A stretch of DNA of 64,000 bases from Opitutia bacterium (GTDB lineage: Bacteria; Verrucomicrobiota; Verrucomicrobiia; Opitutales; Opitutaceae), in assembly GCA_016187945.1 (NCBI GenBank), contig JACPIT010000004.1, positions 306,854-370,853 on the forward strand, given 5' to 3'. The notes under the pieces are model-generated. The model did not search any database and was not told the DNA's origin. It saw nothing but the letters and a program-made list of their open reading frames with translations. Positions 10,072 through 18,101 of the stretch are shown here, one piece after another. A program made the position numbers and the translations under genes. Position 1 is the first letter of the stretch. The number at the start of each line of letters is the position of its first letter.

Positions 10072-10470
10072 CTATTCGGAATTTCGCCGGAAGGCAAATC
10101 GGCTCGGTTTTGTCGCGTAAACCTGCGCGTCGACTAGCCTCATCTGCCCACAATATCTAAACGCATCGCGGTGTAGTTCGCGAAAAAACAGATGCACTTC
10201 ATCACCGCTCTTGGCCGAGTTAAGAACTCGGTCTTCCGCAAAGTGGTCTTCCGGCCCGTCAATTCTCAGAACATCGTCCACGAATTGGTTCTGGTAGGCA
10301 GTATCGCCCGCACGTCGTTCTCGGGTGATAAAAAACAGGATCTTGTTGTCGTTAGCCGGCGTCACCAATCCACGAGAGAGAGCTTGGTAGCCTGAATAGC
10401 CCCAAATTGTCGCCAGATGGGGACGGGTGTAGTTGCGGCCGATCTGAATCGATTCAAACGAAACAGCCAT
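10072..10470 (-). CDS. Stand-alone DUF3427-like domain protein (putative modified-DNA reader)
   Basis: The pattern NYTRPHLATIWGY...ILFFITRE...YQNQF...HLFFRE...FRYCGQ matches my memory of the DUF3427 consensus (Y.R.d....W....lFVT..K...Y.D.F....LFVR....F.YLG). The gene ends 7 nt before the HNH start. Confidence 0.45.
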   Translation of the reverse strand: MAVSFESIQIGRNYTRPHLATIWGYSGYQALSRGLVTPANDNKILFFITRERRAGDTAYQNQFVDDVLRIDGPEDHFAEDRVLNSAKSGDEVHLFFRELHRDAFRYCGQMRLVDAQVYATKPSRFAFRRNSE

Positions 10471-10529
10471 GTCCGACAGTCCCAGCGCGATCGGCTTCGG
10501 TCAACCACCGGTTGTCGCTCAACTTTGCC

Positions 10530-10715
10530 TCGCCGAGAAACAACGCCGCCTTCTGGGCCGCGAAGCTCTCCGGCAACAAGGCCCGTGATCGGCGCGTCAA
10601 CCGCGAACTCCGCGCGCGTGGTTGGAAGGTCGTGCGCATCTGGGAGCACGAACTCACGCGCAAGAACGAGCGTCAGTTGCTCGCAAAGCTGCGACGCCAC
10701 GGATTGACCAGCTAG
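10530..10715 (+). pseudogene. vsr: 5'-truncated very-short-patch repair endonuclease (vsr) remnant
   Basis: PRNNAAFWAAKLSGNKARDRRVNRELRARGWKVVRIWEHEL matches the Vsr C-terminus (P.tN..FW..K...N..RD....L...GW.V...WE). The N-terminal catalytic half (the GCFWH region) is absent. Confidence 0.7.
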
Positions 10716-10812
10716 AAAGTCGGCGCCCGGCACAAGCCGGCAAAAGACGGACGATCGCGGCGTCCCTGCTTTCTCTGCGTTCTCCGCGCTCTCCGCGCTC
10801 TCCGCGTTTGAT

Positions 10813-10981
10813 CCTAAAAAACGCAGTTGAAACGCGAAGGACGCGGAGAGCACAGAGGAGAAACTCCGATCATTCCGGTCCGCGGCCCTTCACCCGGCAG
10901 GTGAGTCCTTCGGAGGCCGGATTTTCCCACGTTCTCCTCCGCGTCCTCCGCGCTCTCCGCGTTTCAACTGCGGAATTTAGG
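10813..10981. mobile_element. 169-bp MITE-like element, copy 1 (about 24-bp terminal inverted repeats)
   Basis: TIRs are cctaaaaaacgcagttgaaacgcg and cgcgtttcaactgcggaatttagg. It is near-identical to an inverted copy at 24909..25077. Confidence 0.6.
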
Positions 10982-11508
10982 TTCATTCACGAAGCGCTTT
11001 TCCCATCAAGCCGCCTTCCGAATGCGCCGATAGAATTCCTGTCCGCCGGTTCCTTCAGGAAACTCATCAGGCATTCTATTCCGATACATGCCGCTGCGAC
11101 CACGCCTCAGTAGTCCCACTCCGTCCGCGGAGCTTAAACGGTGACGAATGTCGGTCGCTAGGGCTTGGCCACCGAATTGGTCAACTGGCCTGAGCGAACC
11201 GGCGGACAGCTCTCTCTCGTCGCCCACCGCGCGTTCGCACGCAGTCGCATCGGCGCCGCGTTCGCATCGCCAGCCACATTTTCGCCACGGGGCGCCGCCG
11301 CGCAAAGTGCAACCCGCTGCTACGCGACGCCGTCGCGTCGCCTTTAATCGGTCGAATGATCTGGCCCGCGAGCCGATTGCCCGTTCGCGTCCGCCGGCGG
11401 CGCGATGGTCTTCGCGTTTTGCCCGTCGCGCCGATAACCTGCGGACGCCAGCCGAGAACAACGGAGGACAACATTCCCCCGCTCAACGCCGGCAAAATCA
11501 AGTTCGTC

Positions 11509-12240
11509 ATGAAAAAGTTTCTTCAAACGTCAGTTGCCCTCTTTCTCGTCACCGCACCTCTTGCGCTGCTCGCTTCCCCCGCCACCGACCGCAAGGTCGA
11601 GAACGCGGCGCGCCAATCCTACAACTACCGCGCAGTGCTCGATAACGCCGTCACCGCGCAATGCGTCGACGGTCACGTCACCCTCTCCGGGGTGGTGCCG
11701 GATGCCGACGCCCAGGCGCTCGCGGCCGACACCGCGGCCAATCTCCCCGGCGTCACCAAGGTCACCAACAACGTCACGATCAAGCCCGCCTACACCGAGC
11801 ACTCGGACGCGTGGATCGCCTTCAAGATCCGCAGCCGCCTGCTCGTGAAGGCCAATGTCAGCGCGTTCACCACCGTCACCGTGCAGGACGGCGTCGCGAC
11901 GCTCAGCGGCACCGCCAGCACCCTGGCGCAAAAGGAACTGACCGGCATCTACGCCGCCGAGATCGATCATGTGAAGTCGGTGACGAACAACCTCGCCGTC
12001 ATGGACCAGCCGACCCTCAGCGAGAAGGTCGACGACGCCTCCATCACCGCGCAGGTGAAATTCGCCCTGCTCAGCCATCGCTCCACCAGCGCCCTGCACA
12101 CCACCATCGCCACCACTGACGGTGTCGTGCTGATTTCCGGCAACGCAGCGTCCGCCGCCGAGAAATCCCTCGTGACCAAACTCGCGAAGGACGTGCGCGG
12201 CACGGCATCGGTGACCAACAACATGGCGGTCAAGAGCTGA
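11509..12240 (+). CDS. Periplasmic BON-domain protein (OsmY-like, three BON repeats)
   Basis: Signal peptide MKKFLQTSVALFLVTAPLALLA. The unit V.V.dGvvTLSG.v......A...A..v.GV..V.N.l occurs three times. ATG checked at 11509. Confidence 0.8.
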   Translation: MKKFLQTSVALFLVTAPLALLASPATDRKVENAARQSYNYRAVLDNAVTAQCVDGHVTLSGVVPDADAQALAADTAANLPGVTKVTNNVTIKPAYTEHSDAWIAFKIRSRLLVKANVSAFTTVTVQDGVATLSGTASTLAQKELTGIYAAEIDHVKSVTNNLAVMDQPTLSEKVDDASITAQVKFALLSHRSTSALHTTIATTDGVVLISGNAASAAEKSLVTKLAKDVRGTASVTNNMAVKS

Positions 12241-12337
12241 TCTGCTCCTCCCGCCTCTCCCGTGGCGCCGGCGGACGAGCCTTCGTCCACCAGCGCCCTG
12301 CGGTCGCTCCCGCATCTCCCGTCCGTTTTCCATTCCC

Positions 12338-12553
12338 ATGAATCGCTTCCTTTCCTTCGCCGTGCTGGTCGTCGGCATCGCGCTCTTGATCGCCGGTTTC
12401 AACGCCTCCGCGTCGATCGGCTCGGACTTCTCCCGTTTCTTCACCGGCTCGCCGACCGACAAATCCATCTGGCTCCTGCTCGGCGGCGCCGTGTGCATTG
12501 CCGTCGGCGCCGGCGGCTTCGTCTTCCGCGGAGCGCGAGCTCCTCTCAAATGA
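12338..12553 (+). CDS. DUF3185-family small membrane protein
   Basis: 71 aa with two TM segments. The layout MNRFLSFAVLVVGIALLIAGFNAS...TGSPTDKSIWLLLGGAV resembles DUF3185. Confidence 0.55.
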   Translation: MNRFLSFAVLVVGIALLIAGFNASASIGSDFSRFFTGSPTDKSIWLLLGGAVCIAVGAGGFVFRGARAPLK

Positions 12554-12999
12554 CCGTAAATCTCCCCGCTCTCCTCACTCTCTTCCGGTGCCCGTCGCCG
12601 CAACGCCGCGATCGCGTCCGGCCCGCGCTGCTCCTCGCCGTCGGTCTGCTCACGGCGGCATGTTTCACCAGCGGGTGCGTTGCGTTGCTCGCCGGCGCCG
12701 GCGCGGGCGCGACTGTCGCCTATGTCCGCGGTGACCTCGACACGACGCTCGACTCCGGTCTGGCCAACTCCGTCCACGCCGCGAAGAAGACCCTCGCCGC
12801 TCTGACATACGTCCGCATCAGCGAAAAAGAGGACGCCCTCCAGGCGGTGCTCATCTCGCGCGGCGCGAGCGATCAGAAGATCGAGCTACACTTCGCTAAG
12901 CTCACCGACTCCGCCACGAAACTGAAAATCCGCGTCGGAACATTCGGCGAGGAATCGCTGCAAAACGAGATCCTCGTCCGCCTCCGCGCCAACCTCTAG
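12550..12999 (+). CDS. DUF3568-family lipoprotein
   Basis: ATGA start/stop overlap with the preceding gene. Lipobox-like LLTAAC, then [15 protein letters not shown]...[26 protein letters not shown]. Confidence 0.6.
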   Translation: MTVNLPALLTLFRCPSPQRRDRVRPALLLAVGLLTAACFTSGCVALLAGAGAGATVAYVRGDLDTTLDSGLANSVHAAKKTLAALTYVRISEKEDALQAVLISRGASDQKIELHFAKLTDSATKLKIRVGTFGEESLQNEILVRLRANL

Positions 13000-13031
13000 C
13001 CTCCGCGCGAACGCCCGCGCCTTCTCTTGCC

Positions 13032-13196
13032 ATGCTCCACTACGCTGCCCTTTTTCTCTGCATCAGCCTGCTCGCCGGCATTCTCGGTTTCGGCGTCATC
13101 GCCGGCACCGCCGCGACAATCGCGAAAGCGCTATTCCTCGTCTTCCTCGTGCTGTTCGTCATCACCCTGATCCGCGGCAAGCGGCCCGCCGCGTAA
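13032..13196 (+). CDS. UPF0391/DUF1328 small membrane protein (54 aa; absent from the ORF track)
   Basis: Hand translation: [54 protein letters not shown]. This is the typical DUF1328 pattern. Confidence 0.75.
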   Translation: MLHYAALFLCISLLAGILGFGVIAGTAATIAKALFLVFLVLFVITLIRGKRPAA

Positions 13197-13617
13197 TCCG
13201 CTTTTCTCGCGAGGCACGCGCGGACGCTGGTTCGCGCCGGGCGGCGGCCGAGCGATCGCGCCCATCGGAGCGCGTTCGGATCGCCGAACCGCTGCACGGT
13301 CGATGCCCCGCCCTGCCCTGAGCAGCTCCGCCCCGCTGAACCGCTTCCGCGTCCGCCTTTCCGGGAAGCCGTCACGGTGCACGCGCCGCCACGCAGGAAC
13401 ACATTCTCGCGTCGCTGGCCGCGGAGCCCGCCGACACGAGGTGCGGCCGTCCGATGAATTCGTCGGCCTCCACCTCGCGAAATCCGAGCGCCGCTACGAC
13501 TCGCCGCGTCTGATGCTTAACCTCTACGAACGGCCCGATGGCGGCACGCGGATCGAAGACAGCGTCACGGCAGGCAGTTTAACCCGCCGCGCCGCAGAGC
13601 CGATCGTCCCGCGCGCC

Positions 13618-14082
13618 TCACGTCGTCACGAAGTCGAGCACCACGGGCTTCACCAGACGGTCGAAGTCGGCGTAGCTCATCTTGATGACTTCGGTGTGCG
13701 AGCCGGCGTTGAACGCGATCTCCTTTTCTTCCGCGAGCAAGCCGCTCACGAAGACGCGCATGTTGTAGAGATTGCCGAACGGCGGCATCGCGCCGAGCTC
13801 GCAATCGGGGAACCGATCGCGGAACTCCGCTTCGGTGGCGAGGCGCAGGTGCGTCGAATCGAGCATCTCGCGCAGATCGTTGAGCAGCACGCGACGGCTC
13901 GCGGGCAACACGACCATCACCATCTCGTCCTCGATCACGACGATCACGGTTTTGGCGAAATCGCGCCCGGAGACGTGCGCCGATTCGGCGACTTCCGCGG
14001 CCGTGAACGCCGGCGAATGCTGGATGTTCACGTAGCGAATCAGATGACTGTCCAAGAACTCCCTGACTTTGACGGCTGGCAT
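13618..14082 (-). CDS. YbaK/aminoacyl-tRNA-deacylase-like domain protein (tentative)
   Basis: About 154 aa with ...AKTVIVVIEDEMVMVVLPASRRV...GAMPPFGNLY...AFNAGSH. ATG at 14082 is preceded by GGAGGAG. Confidence 0.5.
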   Translation of the reverse strand: MPAVKVREFLDSHLIRYVNIQHSPAFTAAEVAESAHVSGRDFAKTVIVVIEDEMVMVVLPASRRVLLNDLREMLDSTHLRLATEAEFRDRFPDCELGAMPPFGNLYNMRVFVSGLLAEEKEIAFNAGSHTEVIKMSYADFDRLVKPVVLDFVTT

Positions 14083-14286
14083 AACTCCTCCTCTGCTGAG
14101 GGTGAACACACGGGCCGGGCGCCACGGCGGCGCCGTTGGCCGACTGCCGGGAGTCTACTCCCGGTTGCCGGCAAAGCAAAGGCCGAAGCCGGAGAATTTC
14201 GCCGCGCCCCTCGCGAACTCGTCGCGCAAAAAAAGGTGCCCGGGGGACTTCCCGGGCACCGGCAGTTCATGCAGCAAAAAATCGCG

Positions 14287-15264
14287 TCAGACGATGTCGA
14301 GGATGACGAGCGTCTGGTTGAGCAACTGGTAGCCGATCTCGCCGAAGGTCACCGGCCCGAGGATCTCGCCGGTGCGCCGGCTCTCCATGTTGCCGTAAAG
14401 GTAATTGAGGATGCAGTTGCAGCTAAACGCCACCGGCGCCGGGCCGCGCGCCGCGATCGCCGCCGCGAAACTCGCCTCGTAATCCGCCAGCGGCTGCGCG
14501 AGGTGATACTTCACGCCCGGAAACACCGGCGCGTAGAAATCGACCCGCCCCGACACGAGTTCGACCGCCTGGATCGAGACGTTCAGCGCCGCACCCGAAA
14601 AATCGCCCACGAGCGGCAGGCGTCCGTGCGCGTGCCCCGCCTCGACGAGAAACTCCGCCAACCGGCGACGCCGACCGTCGACGAGGCACTCGGTCGCGGA
14701 AAAACCCGCCGCGTCAAACTCGAGCGTGTGCGCGTCAGATTTTTCAAACGGGTTGATGATCGAAATCGACGCGAGCTTCTCCGGCGGCAACGTGACGTGC
14801 GCGACGACGAGCGCATCGCTGTCGATGGCGCGCGTGCGGCCGTCGACGACCTGCGCCTGCCCGCCGCGGAGGTCGGCGAGATCCACGCCCGCGACCCAGC
14901 CCAGCAACGGACGCAGGAACAAGTCGTCCGTGTAGGGCCGTTGCGCGAACGCGCGGAGACTCGCCGAGCCGGCCGGCGTGAGCACGAAAGAGAAGCCGTG
15001 TTCCGGCGCCTCGCTCGTGATCTTCGCGACCTCGTCCGCGCCGTAACGCGCGAACGTCACTGCACCGAACGCGCTCAGGTCGGTCACGAACACGAGTTCG
15101 TCGCTCTTCGTGCCGCCGTCGGGTCCGATGAAATAGTAGCTGGTGCCGCCGATCCAGTTGCCGGCCGGCAGCGCCGCGAGCGCGCGCGTCGAGCCTGCGA
15201 GCGCCAGCGCGCGCCCGGAGGCGATCAGTAGCGCGGCGTCAGAGAGGGAAACGAGAGTGTTCAT
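14287..15264 (-). CDS. FIST-like sensory domain protein (tentative)
   Basis: The C-terminal AFSCNCILNYLYG...GPVTFGEIGYQLLNQTLVILDI resembles the FIST_C signature (fsC.gR....GEi....hNqT). The N-terminal part is unassigned. Confidence 0.4.
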   Translation of the reverse strand: MNTLVSLSDAALLIASGRALALAGSTRALAALPAGNWIGGTSYYFIGPDGGTKSDELVFVTDLSAFGAVTFARYGADEVAKITSEAPEHGFSFVLTPAGSASLRAFAQRPYTDDLFLRPLLGWVAGVDLADLRGGQAQVVDGRTRAIDSDALVVAHVTLPPEKLASISIINPFEKSDAHTLEFDAAGFSATECLVDGRRRRLAEFLVEAGHAHGRLPLVGDFSGAALNVSIQAVELVSGRVDFYAPVFPGVKYHLAQPLADYEASFAAAIAARGPAPVAFSCNCILNYLYGNMESRRTGEILGPVTFGEIGYQLLNQTLVILDIV

Positions 15265-15482
15265 AGGACGTGGAGGCCCTGCAGTTGCTGGAGTTCGGCG
15301 GAGAGGATTTTCTCGTATTTGACGAAGAACGCATGCAAGGCGTCCGCCTTGGCCGCGGTCGAGATCGCCTCGTGGCGCAGGCGCGTGAACAGGAGCTGGA
15401 GCGCTAGCTGACGCGGCGTGAAGCCTGGCACCCCGGCGGCCAGCTTGGCCCAGCAGGGATGACTACGATCGGGGATGTTCAT
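15261..15482 (-). CDS. Hypothetical 73-aa protein, translationally coupled to the FIST-like gene
   Basis: ATG MNIPDRSHP checked at 15482. Its TGA overlaps the downstream ATG as ATGA at 15261-15264. Confidence 0.4.
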   Translation of the reverse strand: MNIPDRSHPCWAKLAAGVPGFTPRQLALQLLFTRLRHEAISTAAKADALHAFFVKYEKILSAELQQLQGLHVL

Positions 15483-15789
15483 GGCAGGGGTGACGGAGCG
15501 CCGCAAGGAGGAGAATCGCGACGCTACCGACCACATCGGCCTCTGCGGCCGGATGCTCCAGCGCATCCGTTGACGGATAGTGCGCGTCCGTTGCTGAGCA
15601 CGCCCGCGCCGCCGGATGGCTCCCACGCGCATCGGAGACTGTGCGCAGGACACCCCACGCGCTTTCCCCCTTTCGCGGCGGCGCGCCGAACTTTTCGCGC
15701 GGCAACCGAGTCTCCGCCCGTTAACGCCGGCTCGGCCAGAGCGCAGAACGCGCGGGGGACCGGCAGTCACTGCAACCCAACGAACGAAC

Positions 15790-16857
15790 ATGCAAAACCG
15801 AAACAAACTCGCCGCGTGCGGCGCGTCCGCGCTATTTGCCGCCGTGTTGTGCCTCCAGGCACAGTCCACTCAAACCCCGCCCTCCACCACGCCGCCCCCG
15901 CCGATTCCGCCCGACGAGCCCGCCAAGACCGATCCCACCGACCCCGAATACGGCCGCAATCAGCAGCCCTCCACGCCCACCGATACGCCCAACGTGGACC
16001 GCCGCAGCGCGACGCCCAGCTCCTCCGGCAAAAATTCCACCGCGAGCGATAATAACCTCCGCGGCTCCTCCAGCGAATACAGTGCCCAAAACGCCGGCTC
16101 GATGCAGAGCAGCGTCACCGGCACCGCCTCCGCGCCGGCCGAGCAGCAGGTCACCACCATCGTCCAGCAAATCGACCGCCAAGGCCCCGCCATCGTCTAC
16201 CGCGCCGCGACGCAATTCGCGACCGTCACCTGCACCGAAGATAACGCGCGCAATCTCATCGAGGCGCTCCACAGCGGCAACGAAGTCTCCCTCACCAGCG
16301 ACACAGGCGAGCGCGTGACCTTCAAGCCTGCCTCGCGACTCGGCTATGGCGAAGCCTACCTCGCGATGTCACTCGCCGTCGAAGCTCTCCGCCAGAACGG
16401 CATCACCGGCTGCGCCACGCCGGAGCAATGGCGTTCCGTCCTGATCGGCGGCCCGCTCTCCGGCGCGACGACCACTGCCGCCGTCAGCTCCTCCAGCACG
16501 AGCGCCAGCGCCACCTCGAGTTTCCCCGGCATTCTCGTCCTGCGGCAGCAAGGCCAGGGCTGGGGCCAGATCGCGCAGACGACTCACGTCCAACTCGGCA
16601 CCGTCGTCAGCAGCGCGCAGTCGTCGTTCAACCTGAGCAACAACGCGGCGTCCAGCTCCCGCTCCGGCCTCTCGTCCTCCACCGGCGAAATGGATCAGGC
16701 GAAATCCGCCACCGGCACCCAAACGCAGAGCACCGAAGGCAAGACCGACAAGCCGAAGAAGAAACACTGGTGGCAGCGCGACCACTCGAAGGACGACAAG
16801 ACCGATCCCGACAAGAAGGACAGCGAGCCCGACAAGGAAGAACCCAACAAATCCTGA
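15790..16857 (+). CDS. Secreted Ser/Thr/Pro-rich protein with a Lys/Asp-rich C-terminal tail
   Basis: Signal peptide MQNRNKLAACGASALFAAVLCLQAQS, then a PPSTTPPPPIPP low-complexity stretch, a folded-looking middle, and the tail KKKHWWQRDHSKDDKTDPDKKDSEPDKEEPNKS. Confidence 0.55.
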   Translation: MQNRNKLAACGASALFAAVLCLQAQSTQTPPSTTPPPPIPPDEPAKTDPTDPEYGRNQQPSTPTDTPNVDRRSATPSSSGKNSTASDNNLRGSSSEYSAQNAGSMQSSVTGTASAPAEQQVTTIVQQIDRQGPAIVYRAATQFATVTCTEDNARNLIEALHSGNEVSLTSDTGERVTFKPASRLGYGEAYLAMSLAVEALRQNGITGCATPEQWRSVLIGGPLSGATTTAAVSSSSTSASATSSFPGILVLRQQGQGWGQIAQTTHVQLGTVVSSAQSSFNLSNNAASSSRSGLSSSTGEMDQAKSATGTQTQSTEGKTDKPKKKHWWQRDHSKDDKTDPDKKDSEPDKEEPNKS

Positions 16858-17049
16858 CCCGCCCGAACGGGCGCGCGCGAGAGTCATTCCCGCCCGCGCC
16901 CGCCCGCAAATTCACCCCTCACGCTCCGCGGCGCCGCCACCCGGCGCCGCTTTTCGTTGCCCGCCCGCGCGATCTCGACGCCCGCGCGCGCCGCGCCCGT
17001 CCTTGCCCTTTCGCCCGCCTTCGTCTGCTTTCGGCGTAACCCGCCCCGC

Positions 17050-18057
17050 ATGCCGAAGACCTCCCTGCCCTCTTCCCGCCCGCCGCTCGCGCGGATGCTC
17101 CGCATCCACGAAATCCTCCAGGACGGCCGCCAGACCAACGGCACGAAACTCGCCGAGCAGCTCGAAGTCTCGACGAAGACGATCATGCGCGACCTCGCGT
17201 TCATGCGCGACCAGCTCGACCTCCCCGCCGAATACGACCCGCAGACCTTCACCTGGCGCTACGCGTATCCGGTGAAAAATTTTCCGACCGTGCAGATCAG
17301 CGAGGGCGAACTCCTCGCGCTGCTCGTCGCCCGCAAAGCGCTCGAGCAATACAAGGGCACGCCTTACCACGACCAGCTCGCCCACGCCTTCGACAAGCTC
17401 TCCGCCGGTCTGAACGACCGCATCAGCTTCTCGCCCAGCGGCACGATGGGAAACATCTCGTTCCACCAAGCCGGCCTCGGCCGCTCCGACCTCAAGCTTT
17501 TCGAGAAACTCTCCCGTGCCGTGAACGAGTCGCGCGAAGTCGCGTTCGACTACAAAAAGCCCGCCGGCGCCGCCGTGGAGCATCGTCGCGTGCAGCCCTA
17601 CCACCTCGCGAACCGCGAGAGCGCGTGGTATCTCGTCGGCCACGACCTCGACCGCGGTTCGCTCCGCACCTTCGCGCTCGTGCGCATGAAATCGCTCGCC
17701 GTCGCCGAGCGGAAGTTCGAACGCCCCGCGGATTTTTCGCCGGAGAAATTCTTCGGCAAAGCCTTCGGCGCGTTCGTCGGGACGGGCGACTACCGCGTGA
17801 CCGTGCGCTTCGGCGCCGCCGTCGCGGACCAGATTCGCGAGCGCTTCTGGCACGAGTCGCAGGAAATCCGCGAGCTGCCGGATGGCGGCGTGGAATTCTC
17901 CGTGCAACTCGGCGGTCTCGACGAAATCCTGCGCTGGCTCCTCGGCTGGGGCGGCGACGCCGAAGTCCTCGCCCCCAAAGAACTGCGCGACCTCGTCCGC
18001 ACCAAAGCCGTCGCGGTCACCCAGCTTTATCCGCCACGAAAAAACTCCGCCACGTGA
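17050..18057 (+). CDS. HTH + WYL domain transcriptional regulator
   Basis: N-terminal wHTH (LARMLRIHEILQDGRQTNGTKLAEQLEVSTKTIMRDLAFM). The central WYL-like segment is RRVQPYHLANRESAWYLVGHDLDRGSLRTFALVRM. ATG checked at 17050. Confidence 0.8.
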   Translation: MPKTSLPSSRPPLARMLRIHEILQDGRQTNGTKLAEQLEVSTKTIMRDLAFMRDQLDLPAEYDPQTFTWRYAYPVKNFPTVQISEGELLALLVARKALEQYKGTPYHDQLAHAFDKLSAGLNDRISFSPSGTMGNISFHQAGLGRSDLKLFEKLSRAVNESREVAFDYKKPAGAAVEHRRVQPYHLANRESAWYLVGHDLDRGSLRTFALVRMKSLAVAERKFERPADFSPEKFFGKAFGAFVGTGDYRVTVRFGAAVADQIRERFWHESQEIRELPDGGVEFSVQLGGLDEILRWLLGWGGDAEVLAPKELRDLVRTKAVAVTQLYPPRKNSAT

Positions 18058-18101
18058 GAAGCCCGCGCGGAAGTTCCCAGCGTCGGCCACGTGGCGCGCC
18101 T

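Noticed and set aside
10781-10806. Three tandem tctccgcgc units, considered as a possible CRISPR or iteron array
   Set aside because: There are only three short units with no spacers. They form the flank of the MITE-like element, and the same ctccgcg word recurs inside the element.
11006-11645. ORFs of 151 aa (minus strand) and 165 aa (plus strand) in the gap upstream of the BON gene
   Set aside because: They are mutually overlapping, Arg/Ala/Ser-rich, without motifs, and one runs into the BON gene out of frame. I treat the region as a non-coding leader.
13380-13617. Possible gene fragment (…DEFVGLHLAKSERRYDSPRLMLNLYERPDGGTRIED…) between the DUF1328 and YbaK-like genes
   Set aside because: It reads vaguely protein-like, but I cannot assign a family or define its ends, so it is not reported as a pseudogene.
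13303-15231. 642-aa plus-strand ORF
   Set aside because: It crosses the YbaK-like and FIST-like genes in antisense and has shadow-frame composition.
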